A stretch of DNA of 64,000 nt from Vicugna vicugna. Its lineage: Eukaryota. A model generated the notes under the pieces. That model worked only from the letters and a program-made list of their open reading frames with translations. It did not search any database and was not told the origin of the DNA. Within the stretch, counting starts at the first letter, position 1. Each line of letters opens with the position of its first letter. Position numbers and translations under genes: made by a program. Positions 1 through 11,467 of this stretch are shown here, piece after piece. The stretch is from assembly GCA_013265495.1 (NCBI GenBank), contig MU058228.1, forward strand, positions 124,001-188,000, written 5' to 3'.

Positions 1-188
1 TTTTCCAATTCTCCAAGTGCTGCTTGGTTTTTTGCCGGGATGGAGGTTGCTATTAAAACTGAGCTGTAACACTAAGCTGTAATAAATTTTTCTGCAACAG
101 GACAGCAAAATGGGAGATTAAGAAGGGAGGAACGTCTAGCTTGAAGGAGTCCAATACTTTTTCTGTAAACCTTGTTGTTTATCTGAAA

Positions 189-788
189 TGTTGTGGAAAA
201 ACGTGTTGCAGCTCAGTTGTGACAGCAACCTGGACCCCAGAGGCCAAACAGCACTCAGAGAGTTGGGGAACTCAGGTTTATTAACACCAGTGGGTGCAGA
301 GAAGTTAATACTCCAAGCTCTGGGCTCCATATGTTTACACAGGCCTTTATAGGCTGCCAGTTTTACAGTTTGCAACATCGTATGCAAATAAAGTATAACA
401 AGTTGACCAACCAGGAACAAGCTTTGTAGAAATTGAGCAATCAGGAGTGAGAAATAACCAATCAGGAGTGAGGGGAATGGACCAATCAGAAGTGAGAGAA
501 ATATCCAATCAAGAGTGAGCTCCATGCAAATGAAGTACTACAAATGGACCAACCAGAAGTTAGGGAAGTGGACCAATCAGAAGTGAGAGTAATAACCAAT
601 CAGGAATAAAGGAAGTAGCCAATCAGAAATGAGCTCAGGGAACCAGTAGAATTTTAGAGGCAACTAAGCCCTTTCAGAATCAAAAAGTGAGATAGAGGCT
701 CTGCGCCAGGGAAGCGGATGGTGCTGGGACGAGAGTAGTGGCCCTGCTTGGAGGCCCTGCCGGTCTTTTCATGAGGCCTCCCGCCTCA
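189..788 (-). mobile_element. Solo ERV LTR (600 bp, ERV1-like by its 4-bp TSD)
   Basis: TG...CA termini (minus strand begins TGAGGCGGGAGG). It is flanked by a GAAA direct repeat (185-188 and 789-792). Minus-strand TATAAA (346-351) is followed by AATAAA (277-282), with a CCAAT repeat array in the U3 position. Confidence 0.75.
406..630. repeat. Degenerate ~23-nt tandem repeat carrying CCAAT boxes, inside the LTR
   Basis: CCAATC starts at 458, 482, 505, 573, 596 and 619, with CCAAC/GCAAT variants. The unit is approximately ACCAATCAG(A/G)AGTGAG. Confidence 0.8.
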
Positions 789-2894
789 GAAACACATACA
801 AGGAACCCCACAAACAAGAATGAGCCTGGGAGGCGAGCGCTCCTTCATCCTCGCGGTCCCTCAAGTGCGGTCAAGGCCACTGTGGTAATTCTGTCATCAT
901 CCTCCTCCAGGACCCTCCTGCAACCCCGGCTCCTGCCTCCCCACTCACACCTTTCTAGGAGGTGTGGGATTTAACCTCTTCTGTGTGGCGGGAATCCCAG
1001 CAGTTCCGGCTCCCATCTTTTCCCTCACTAGGAAACGTGCTGCGTCCGCCCAGCCCCCGGTCAGATGCCTGGTATCTGCGGGGTTCCCTCAGAGCTGAGA
1101 TCTGAGGTGCCCAGAGCTGGCTGCAGCACTTGGGGATTCGGAGGAGAGGAAGGAAGGGAGAGAAACAGCACAACAGAACCCAGGGAACAGTCTGGACTGA
1201 GCTTGTCGCCTGCATTCTGAGCATTCTCCCTTGTCCTGTTGTCCGCAAAAGACCACGGTTTTGTCCTGATTGGGAGGCTTCACGTGGCTTAGACTAAACG
1301 CTCGTTCCCAAAGCTCCGCGTCCCCCAGTGCGTTCTCTGCACAGATGCAGCGAAGCCTCCATCCCTCCTCCCACTCGTCCCTCTGCGGTCCCTGAATGTA
1401 GCGCCCCGCTCCCAGCCACGTGGGCCAGCACTCACACTCTGAACTCAGCCTTCACCATCCCAGCCACAGACCCGGGGCTTCCCCTCACGTGGGAGCCTCA
1501 AACCGCATACTCCACGACCCACTGGGGACATGGAGTGTGTACAGGCAAGAAGGGTGTAATCTTGCCAAGGAGCTAGGGCTGCTGATTAAGCAAGATTTCC
1601 AGGCTCTGGCCAGTTTACAGAGCAGAGAGAGGGACTCTCTGCGGGGGTGGGGGTGGAGAGGCAAAATCAAAATTAGGTAAGGTGGTATTGGGGTACTCAC
1701 AGCAAAGACCCCGGGGATATATTTTAAAAATATGTCAATGTTGAAAAACTGTCATGTGGCTTCACGTAGGGCATTTCGCAAGTCTGACGGCCACAGGGGG
1801 TGACAGGTGGGAGAAGCAATCAGTGAGAGGCGACTTAGTGGGGGCCTGTGCTGCCTGGGCACCCTCCCCTGGCTCCTCTCTTCCTGTGTTACTTACCTGG
1901 AGACCCGAGCAAGGGCTGGTCTGCAGGTAGAGGTGCACAGAGAAAGGAATCTTACCCCTGTAGCCCACCTGAACCCCAGCTCTCCCCCAGGCCCTGCTCT
2001 GGCCACCACTCGGGCCTGCCTCCTGCCCTTTCATCTGCGCAGCCTCAGTCGGAGGAAAGAGGACTGGGAACTGGGGAGCCGTGGTGGGGGTGGGGTGGGG
2101 CTGGGGGCTGCAGAATTACTCCTGGAGATGTTGTTGGTGCAAGGGCGGTGCCAGGAGGTGATGGCTGGGAGGGGCACCCTGGGTGTGGCTCTGAGTTTGG
2201 CCATGTCGGTCTCAGAGCCCAGGACGTGGAGCGGTCCCAGGCAGGAGGAAGAAATGCAGCCTCCCCGTTACCTTCCTAACCTCCCCAGCTTCTGTGTCAC
2301 CTCTTTGTTCCCGCTGTCTACCGCTGTTCGATTCTTAGACGTTTAAGAAAAAACCTGAGCACTGACCATCTCCAGTTCTTGCCTCCCCATCCCTGCTCAG
2401 GCCACGGCAACCTTGGCTGCGTTTGGTTCTCTTAACCATTGGGGTGGAGAGGAAGGCTAGGCTACGCGGGAGATGGGAGATGCCTGACAGCTGGAGCCAG
2501 GAGGGCTGGGGGAGCCACTGATTCTGGTTCCTAAAGAGAAATGGCATCAAGGAGTGGTCCCTGGACGCAGCTCTGCGTCTGTCACACAGACCATCGTGTT
2601 CTAAGTTGGCTGCCTAACACGTGGCACATCTGAAGTAACAAGAAAGCACAGTAAATAGAAAAGAGATGAGATGAAAGCAATCAATTTAACTGTCAGTAAT
2701 CAATATATTTAAATAGGTTTATTCCCGAGATTAAAATAGAGATGTTCAGGACTTAATTCTCCACTCCCCAAGATCCTTAAGAAGACACCCTCTTACCCAA
2801 AAGCTTTTTCCTGTTTTGCACTGTGTGAAATAAGCATCAGCCCAGAGCGGAGGAGGCTCTGGGGCAGTCGCAGGAGTCCGCAATCCAACGGCTT

Positions 2895-3290
2895 TGTGAT
2901 GGGCTGAATTGTTCCCTCTCCCCGAATTCATCTGTTGAAGCCCTAACTAACTCCTGGGACTTCGGCATGTGACTGTATTTGGATAGGGCCTTTAAAGAGG
3001 TGATTGAGTTAAAGTGAGGCCATTAGGGGGGCTCTAATCCAATACGTGCGGTGTCTTTACAAGAAGAGGAAACGTGGACACAGCAGGGCGGCGCAGGCAC
3101 AGAGGGTCAGCTACAGGAAGACGCAGGGGGCAGCCGGCCTCTGCAAGCCAAGGGGCGAGGCCTCAGGAGACACCATCCTGCAGACGCCTGATCTCGGACT
3201 TCTCCCTCCAGAACCGGGAGAAGTGAATTGCTGTTGTTCACGCCGCCCAGTGTGTGGTGTTCTGCCCCGCAGGCCCAGGAAACAAACACA
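2895..3290 (+). mobile_element. MaLR (MLT1-type) LTR
   Basis: Starts TGTGATGGGCTGAATTG, contains the MLT1 hallmark 'atgtgactgtatttgga..gggcctttaaagaggtgatt..gttaaa.tgagg', and ends AAACAAACACA. Confidence 0.7.
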
Positions 3291-4149
3291 TCTATGTGCA
3301 AGAACAGTGGGTGCTGAGAGGTTACAGGCGGGCACCAACACCGTCTGCCAAAGGGGCCAGCTCATTTCATCAGATTCTCAAGGGGGTGATGATCTCCCAA
3401 AGTTGCAGAGTCACAGAGTAGAGATTTCTAACTCAGGTGGAGATTGAGAGAGAAAGGTATTAAATGTGCACCACCCCAGCCTCTGAGGCTGCTCACCCGG
3501 AGTCATTTGCCCGGCAGGAAGAGAACCCACTAGAAGGTGGTGTGCGGGGCAGAGGCTGATCTCCCAGAAACCACCAAGGGGCTGTGTGAATGAACTGGGA
3601 CAATAACTACATAAAGGAAGACCCCAGCAGCCTTAGGTTGTCTGTGCACTTCCGAGTTATGATGAACTTCATCTTCATGCTGGGAAGAGGAAAATGAAAT
3701 ACAGTGAAGCTGCCTGTGGCGGGGCGGGGCGGAGTCCTCCCCCTTCTGCACTCTAGGGCAGCCAGGGACGAGGGCAGCCCTCTGATAAGGTGGCTACTGG
3801 GAAAATTCAGTTGGGTCTCCTCAGTTTGGGACACCTGGGGTTCCTTCCTCTCTCTGCCAGCTCTTTAAGAATGACTGATAGCAGTTATTCATCTCTCAGG
3901 AAGAAGGTATTTCCACTTCCTGGAGCTCTCCTGCTGTCCTGGATCTTAATCCAGCCACGTTGGCTTCGCCAGATTCATGGGAGCCAGTGGATTTCCTGAC
4001 ACTCAAGTGGGAGACCTCGCCCGGGTGAGCGCAGCCTGCCTGCACCTTTGCGTTTGGACCACGAGGGGGCGCCCAGGGCCGTGCTGAAGCTGTGTCTGAC
4101 AGGCCTGGGAGGCGGGGTTGTTGAGGAGGATCCTGTCAGAGGGTTTGCA

Positions 4150-5520
4150 GGCAGGGTCAGGGCAGGTAAGGAGAGGATGCGAAAAGTGGGGCGGAACTGG
4201 GAACTTAGCTTGCAGCTCGGGACAGAGGGAGAGAAGACGGAGGTCTGAGCTGTAAGAGCGAGGAAGAGCGCAGAGAGAAATGGCATGGATTGGATTGGAG
4301 GCTGATTCTGGGAGGAGCTATTCTGGGAACTCAAGCAGTGACTAGGGGCACCGGAAGTACGATTCCGGGTGGGTCATCTTGAAAACTCTTCCTCAGGTGG
4401 GAAGCAGGGAGTTGCTTTTCCTTATAACAGGGCCAGGGTTCAGAATGTCCCAGTCTCTGAAGCCACGTGGACCCCCAGTCACCGAGGACTGGGTGGTGGC
4501 TGTGGTGGGGGAGGGACATACTGTGGAAATAGGACCCACCGACCTGGTGATGGATTGGGCTTGGTGGGTAGGGAAGAGGAGAGAGCTTGAGGAGAACGTC
4601 TAGATTTCTGGTTCAGAAGAGAAGTGAGGGCTGAAGAGAGAAAATTGGGAGCTTCCAGCAGATTGATGGTCTCAAGTCCATGGAAATGCAGTGAAAATCC
4701 TAGGTGAGGGTGGGCATGGTAAATAGAGGAGGGTCCCTGCATTAATAGTGAAAGGCAAACTGAGTTACCAGAACCCCCTCTGCATCTCAAAAGGCTTAAC
4801 AAAATAAAGGTGTGCGGCCATCCTGTGTGTCCAGGAGGACTGTGGATTGGTTCGGTGAACACACAGCATTGTTTGTGCCACAGGGCAGGACCGAGCTTCC
4901 ATCAAAGGAGGCTGAGGGAGGAGGTCTGTGTGCAACATGACAGCCCACAGAGGAGGGAGCTGCAGGAAGTGACTCAGATAAAAACCTTGGGATGCAAACT
5001 TGAGTCATCCCTTGTCCCCACAGCTCATATCCAACCCATCAGCAAGCGCGGTACTCATCAGATCCTTTTCTCAGCAAGTCCTGTAGACTTGAACTCCAGA
5101 ATATTTCCTTACCTGGCTGCTGACTACCTTCTGCGCTACTGCCACTCTGGTCCGAGCCCCTCCCAGGGCTTGGATTAGTTTCCATGATGCCACCCTTGCA
5201 TCACCGGGGTCAGTTCACATAGCAGCAAGAGGGACGTTTTAAAAAACTTAAACTAAATGATATTGCCATCTTGGTTAAAACCCACCAGAAGCTGCCATTT
5301 ACAACAGAAATTCCTTCCCAAGCGGTACGTGGTCTGGCTTCTACCTGCCTTTTCAACATCTCTTGTGACTCTGGTTCATGATACTCCAGCCCCACTGGTC
5401 TATATTCTGTCTTTCGAACACTGAGACGGCTGCTGCCCCGGGGACTTGGCATTTGCTGTGCCCTCTGCCCCAAATGCTCTTCCCCCAGCTATCCCCATCT
5501 TTTATTTCTTCACTTTTGTT
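4150..5520. mobile_element. Old L2 LINE fragments
   Basis: Degenerate L2-like motifs, e.g. 'aaaaccttgg...atccaacccatcagcaag' and 'tttgctgtgccctctgcc..aaatgctcttccccca'. Boundaries are approximate. Confidence 0.45.
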
Positions 5521-6117
5521 TCTCTTTCTTTTCACTTGGGAAGGAACAAAAAAAGAGAATCAGTGATGGCTGGTCTAGGATGGCTTGTGACATCCTTCGA
5601 TGGTGTGGACAGTGGCTTCACTCAGATGTCTTTCTTGAAATCTCCCCTGATATTTCTATCTGAAAGAAATCTCAGCATGAAGACAATGCATGTTGGAATT
5701 GGTAATTGTCGCAGTGGTTGCAGGAGGAGGTGAGATTTGAGCTGGACCTTGACAGTGGGTACTGTTTCAGTAAGCAGACTTGGGGTAACCTCCATGCAGG
5801 GACAGGCTGTACCCACCTTGTTCTGCTGGGTCTCCAGTGCTTCTTAGAGGACCAAGCAGAAAATAGATACTCAGTATATGTTCTTGAATGGACCAATAAA
5901 CGAGCCAAGGAAACAGAGAGAAAATGCTAAACAGGTCTGACGACAGATAATAACGTCTGTTTGGCTGGAAGAGCAAGTTCTAGTGGGAAACAAGGGCGGA
6001 AAAGCAGCGTTCAAACTGCAGAGGGCTTCAGCAACGAATGTAAGTCTTCTGTCCAGCTGGTGTCTCTTGCCTGTTTTAGAGCGCCCCACCCCTCTAGTCT
6101 GGCTGGTGGACTGTCCC

Positions 6118-6815
6118 CAGAGGAGTCCTCCAGAGAGACAAGGTAGTACTGAGGGGCAGAGGAATTGCTGAGAAGGAGACAGCTTGTGGCAGCGAGCCCC
6201 TCCTGTGGTGGGAATCCTCAAGCTGCACTTCAAGTTGGTTCTGCCTGCACGAGAATCTGTTGGTGGTTCTTGGCTGGGTGGGCAGGAGGGGACCACGGAG
6301 GGACCCATGTTGGTTCTCTGGACCCCTTCCTCCTCCCAGGTGTGACCAGTCAATGCCCACGGCCTGGCCCCACCCTCAGGTTGCTTCCCTTGTCAGGACC
6401 TTGTGACCGTCACATCTCAGCTGCCTCACACCTGAGTGGTCAGGAACGCTCTTTTTACCTCTTCTTGGCAAGCTGTCTTAGGCGTCCTCTGAAATCTGAA
6501 TCCCTCCAGGAAGTTCCTCTGGGAGTCTGAGTGGCTCTGAGCCCTGTCCTTGTCCCCACACCTGGCCAGGACTCAGGTCTTCTGAGGTTTCCTCCCAGCC
6601 GCCCACCCCCACCCCACCTCTCCTGTTGCAGGCGGGGTGGATCTCATATTCCAATCTGCCTCAGCTCTCACCTGCTCACCTGACTCTGGGTTTCCTCACT
6701 GATCTGAAAATTTTCTCCTGTCACGTTATTCTTGACTTGTTCACTGTCTCAGAATATTTTGAGGTATCAATTGCTGTACTTTCCCATCTTGGCTATTTGA
6801 ATTTTCTTCTCTGTA
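6118..6815 (+). repeat. Duplicated non-coding block, copy A (paralogous to ~14382-15050)
   Basis: Aligned by eye. The core 6251-6596 vs 14483-14840 is ~95% identical and the outer flanks are roughly 65-75%. Confidence 0.9.
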
Positions 6816-7935
6816 CCTCCTATGGGTCAACAAGACTTTTGTTTTGTCCCAGAGGAGGAAAACGTGGTATCATGTAGACTAAGGAAGCTATTTCTTGGCT
6901 TTGATTTTCAAGCTGGATTAAAGTATTAAAAAAAGTATAGCCTTCAAATTTAGGATCTTAAGAAACAGAGAATTCTGTAGGCAGGGAATGACTTTTCTAA
7001 GGAGTTCAGCTTGGCAGGCTGCCTTTGGGGTAGTTGGGAGTGGGAGGCGGAGGCTGAGACGTGAAGGAAGGTCTTATGCAGGGAGGGAAAAACAGTCCTA
7101 GGCGGGCGAGTCTTAATAAAAAGATAAGGTATGAATGTTTTGCTCTGTCTTTGGGGCTTGAACTGCTGGATGGGGGTGGGTGACAGTTAAAAAACATACT
7201 CAGCTGAATTTGGAGGATCTCCAGGAACATCAGGGCTGGTTCCTGCTTCCTGGAAGAGTGTCCTGAGGGAAAGAAACCTCTCAGATAAGCCCTGGCGTGT
7301 TGTTCCAAGGCCAGCGTGGTGTAGGGCCGGCCGGGGAGCTGGCGTGGAGGGCGGCGTCTCACAGGGAGCGAGCGCGTGTCAGGGAAACTGAGGTGCAGAA
7401 GAGGCTTGGGTTTGAATAAAGAGAATGCAGAGTCCTACGGCCTCATGGCCAGAGGGGACACCAGCAGTGGGCACCCGCACACTGCCTAGGGGACCCGGTG
7501 GCCCGGGCCATGCTAGGGTGGATGCCACAGATGAGATGCCCAGTAAACACTGCCTGGAGTGGACCCCAAGAATTTCAGATGAATCCAATACCTTGTTCTA
7601 ATGTTAATACAGAATTAAAGTAAAATGTTCCTTGGCAATTAAAAAAAAGGGGGGGGCATGATGCATGATAAACTCCCACATTTCTACAGAATTTGCAGTT
7701 TAAAATACCTTTTTATATGCACGTGCTCAGCAAGGGGATGATCGTTGATTTGATTTTACAGAGTAGATAACAGGGCTTTGCAAGGCGGTTTGGCAGTGAG
7801 TCCGCTCAGCGCCCGGCGCCCAAGCCTCCCGTCTCTGAGTCCACCACCGTCTCCTGCGCGCTTCCCCGGGCCCGGCTGGGGATGCCAATGGTGGATTCCA
7901 GAGTTCAGCTCCCTCACGACCTGCAGAAGGGGTGG

Positions 7936-8261
7936 CTACTGGGCCTGAGTGCCCACGTTGCCTTCAGCCCTGGCTTCCTGCCTTGCATCCCACGGGATGG
8001 TGAGGGGCTGGGCCAGGCTGCTGTGTTCCACGTGGCAGGAGTGGGGGGCTCTGTCCTGAGCGGGGACTCCCACCACCACCCAGGACTGGTAAGAGCCATT
8101 TCCATTGGGAAGAACGTCTCCCCCTGACTCGGTCTCCTGCACGTTGCCGGGCTGAGTCCAGTGTAGACGGATTCCTCGGGGGTAGAAGTCATAGGCCAGG
8201 CACTTGAGTGTCCTCGTTTTTCCTGGGGCCACGTGGCTGGTGACTGACACAGAGGGGGAGA
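7936..8261 (-). CDS. AZGP1: Zinc-alpha-2-glycoprotein exon 4 (alpha3 Ig-C1 domain and stop)
   Basis: Acceptor ccctccgcag| at 8262. Translates ...SVTSHVAPGKTRTLKCLAYDFYPRGIRLHW...YQSWVVVGV...SCHVEHSSLAQPLTIPW...TQAQ*, the class I alpha3 motifs, with no transmembrane segment. Confidence 0.95.
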
Positions 8262-8484
8262 CTGCGGAGGGACAGAGCGTGGATACCGAGGGCCCAGCGT
8301 CTCCCTGGCCACGGCGCCCCCTCCCCGGCTGCAGTGGTGAGCGGAGCTCTAAGCGCTGTATCTGCCTCCTTGGGGAAACCTTGTGAGGCTCCAGGAAGGC
8401 TGAGGCTTCTCACAACCCTCCCCCATTGGAGCACGGAGCGTCTGTGGCTGCTCTCTTCCTTGCCCCCTTTCCAGCATGTACTGA

Positions 8485-8571
8485 TTTTGTTTTTAAATGG
8501 AAGAACTGTGGATTGAACCTAGGTCCTTATGCATGCTAAGCACATGCTCTACCACTGAGCTACACCCTCCC
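8485..8571 (-). mobile_element. tRNA-derived SINE (camelid Vic-1-like) in AZGP1 intron 3
   Basis: The minus strand reads GGTGTAGCTCAGTGGTAGAGCATGTGCTTAGCATGC...GGTTCAATCC (A and B boxes). Same family as 60089-60237. Confidence 0.75.
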
Positions 8572-9007
8572 TGCTACCCCGTATTAACTTCTGATGTCAA
8601 GAAATTGTGAACGTGCCAAACATTTTTCTGTTTTTTCCCCCCAAACCTCTGAATGAGCTCTGTGGCGCCATCTCCCCCAATCAGTCCCCCGCTTTCTCCA
8701 TCCATCAGACCCGTCCCTGCTCCCTGCCACTTGACCCCCTTCCTCATTACTTCCCAGACCAAAGTCTCAGCTTGTGACAATCAATCCTGCTCACACTGAT
8801 TCACACCTGTTTTCATCCTTCTGGGGCAGACGTTTTGCACACCTGCCTCCTCTCCACCAAGCCGGGAAGCACCATCGCGGAGAGAAATGACCAGAGAATT
8901 TGCCTGAGATGTTCCCTGAGCGCCCAGCCTGAGATCACCTTGGTCTTTCTCAGCTGGGTGAGGGAAGGGGGAGGTGGGGAGAGCCGGACGTAGGAAGCAC
9001 TGGGTAC

Positions 9008-9283
9008 CTTGTCGGTCCAGGTGGGTCCTGCTGTATTCCAGGTACCTCTGCAGCATCCCTGGGCACTCCTCCTCCAGGTAGGCCTTGGCCCGCTGCACGT
9101 ACACTTCTTCTGCCTCCCACTTCTGCTTGGTGTTCAGCGCTGCTGGGTCCAGAGCGACCCAGGCTGGGATTTCTTTGTTGAACTCGATGAAGTCCTGACC
9201 GTCGTAGGCGTACCTCCAGAACGCTCCACTGCTTTTATTTCTCCGGAGCTCACAGCCAAACATTCCCTGGAAGGTGTGAGACC
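9008..9283 (-). CDS. AZGP1: Zinc-alpha-2-glycoprotein exon 3 (alpha2 domain), 276 nt
   Basis: AG/GT bounded, phase 1-1. Encodes [42 protein letters not shown]...[23 protein letters not shown], characteristic of ZAG. Confidence 0.97.
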
Positions 9284-9959
9284 CTGCATCCTCCCCCCGC
9301 CCCTGGAAGTCAGCCAGCCCGGCATCAACTCCGTCTCAAGCACTCTGACACTTACTCCGCGGTTTGCAGCCCAGCAGGAAGAAAGGGTTTTGAAATCTAA
9401 GCGTGCAATCCCTTTCTTGTGGCAAATGGGTTATGAGTCAGACGCGCAGCAGATAGAGAGGGGGAGCCCGGGTTTGGTTTGGTGTTCTCGGCCAGTCTGA
9501 GATGAGATATATTTTTCCCAGCCAGAGAATCTCAGAGAGCTACAGCCTTCAGGTAGATTTTCTGGCCCCTCTGCATTGCCTCATTTAACAGTCTTTGTCT
9601 GAATATACTGTGAGTTCAGGAACCTGACGTGGCTACACTGAAATGTGTGTCCATGTTCAACAGAAATTATTTGTCGTGTTACAGAGATTACAAAATCTCT
9701 CCTTTTTTTTTCTCAGTTCTAGGTGGAGTTGATGGCACCACTTGAGTAGACATACTTTGCTCACTTCTCCCCTCTTCCCCATGTTTGAAATCTTTAAGAC
9801 AAATCTCTCAAGCCCCACCTCCCTTCCCTACTGGCAACGACTCTCGGAAGCTGGCCTCCTTAGGGAAAGGGAACACAGCCTTTTATTTTGATTATGAAAG
9901 TAGGTGTTTCCCTGAGGCTGACGAGTGCTGTCGGCCGGGCTCTGGTCTCCAGCTGCCTG

Positions 9960-10150
9960 GGCTCCAATCCCAGATCGCTCCACCCCACCGGGCTTGTTGC
10001 ATGAATTTGAGCCACTGACCTCTCCGGGCTTCAATTTTCTCACCACTGAAATGGTAATGGCGCTGGAACTATTAGAGGGTTATTGTGAGCACTGCGCGTG
10101 TTGATCCCTGTGCCTGGCACATAGTAAGTGCTCAATAAATGTTAACGACT
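9960..10150 (+). mobile_element. MIR SINE remnant
   Basis: Core and tail 'ctctccgggcttcaattttctcacc...gggttattgtgag...cctggcacatagtaagtgctcaataaatgtta'. Confidence 0.6.
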
Positions 10151-11206
10151 GTGATCTTCCAACACCCTGTGCTCCTTTCTTCATTCTCCTTCCTCGTAAT
10201 TACTCACTTCCACATTTCTATTCCAGCCAGTCGGAATGTCTCCCAGCGTCCTTGCGGGCATCTGTGCAGTATTCTTTCTTACTTTGGACACAGCCCAGGC
10301 CATTTTCCCACCCACCCACATCCTTCACATTTCTGCAGAACTCTTGCCTCTTGGGGGAAACTTTCAGATTCCACATAGCTTCTTGGGCATTTTTGTCCTC
10401 AGAAACCCACCCTGTGGTGGGGGCAGTGTGGTTCAGGAGAAGGTGCTGGGCTGGGAGACTGCCCAGCTCTGTGCTGGCCCCTCACACCATGAGATGACCC
10501 CCCCCGAGTCTGCTTTTTATCATCAGGAGGGTCTCTGTGGTCCCCTGTAACTCTGAGAGTCTGACGTCTTGAATACAGGCCTTACTGAGCTCCTCATGTG
10601 GGCCCTGGTTTATGCCAGCTCCTCCCGCTCAATTGCTCAGTAGATTTCATTTGAATAAGTCTTACTGGAGCCCTAGGGGAGATCCAGACAGACTATGTGC
10701 CAACCTTTATGGAATTTATGTAGGTAAGTTTGACCGATTCTCTTGGAGGCAGGTCTCAAGGCTCCAATTTTTACAGATTCAGACCAGATAACTAAGAAAT
10801 GCATTCACTGTCAAATAGCTCGTGACTGGTGGAGCCACTGTGAACCCAGGACAGACTGACCCCAAGGTTATCTCGCTCTCTAGCCCCCATCCCCAGGCAG
10901 GGGTGAGTCTGACACTTAGAGTGAGATCAGCCTCAGACAGGCTGGGGTGTGGAGCTGAAGGGTCAGATGTGCCTGGCTTAGCGCTGACTCTGCCATCACT
11001 TCCTGGGAGTGAGGATGGGTGAGCAGGAAGGCAGATGTGATGTGGGGTCGAGGGGGTGATGCAGAAACGCTTGTGCATTTCCGCCTGTGCTTCCCCATCC
11101 TCCTCTGGGGCAGGAGTTACTTCTGTCCTGTGGACATCCTGCTCACAACAGTGGGGTTGCCCCTTGAGCCAAGACCCTCCACCCCAGCAGTCCGTGGTCC
11201 ACTGAC

Positions 11207-11467
11207 CTTCTGCGTCCTTGTAGTGGTCCATGATGTCTTTCAGGGTCACCATGAAGATGTCCTCCCTGGCCTTCTGAAGTTTGCTCTCCTTCTCCCAGTC
11301 CTCCATCCCTTCCACCTGGCTCCACAGGCCCAGGGGCTCAGCCTTCCTGCCTTCACTGTCGTAGTGGAAGAAGGGCTGGTCATTGAGGTAGGCGGTGGCC
11401 TGGAAGCTTGGGAAGCCTTTGCTGGGCCTGGACAGCCCCGTGTAGAGGAAGCTCAGAGAGTAAGGTC
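11207..11467 (-). CDS. AZGP1: Zinc-alpha-2-glycoprotein exon 2 (alpha1 domain), 261 nt
   Basis: Acceptor ctttgcag| and donor |gtcagt. Encodes [86 protein letters not shown]. Confidence 0.97.

Noticed and set aside
406..630. Repeat array superficially like CRISPR repeat-spacer units
   Set aside because: The DNA is mammalian, the units are tandem degenerate copies without unique spacers, there are no cas genes, and the array lies within an LTR U3.
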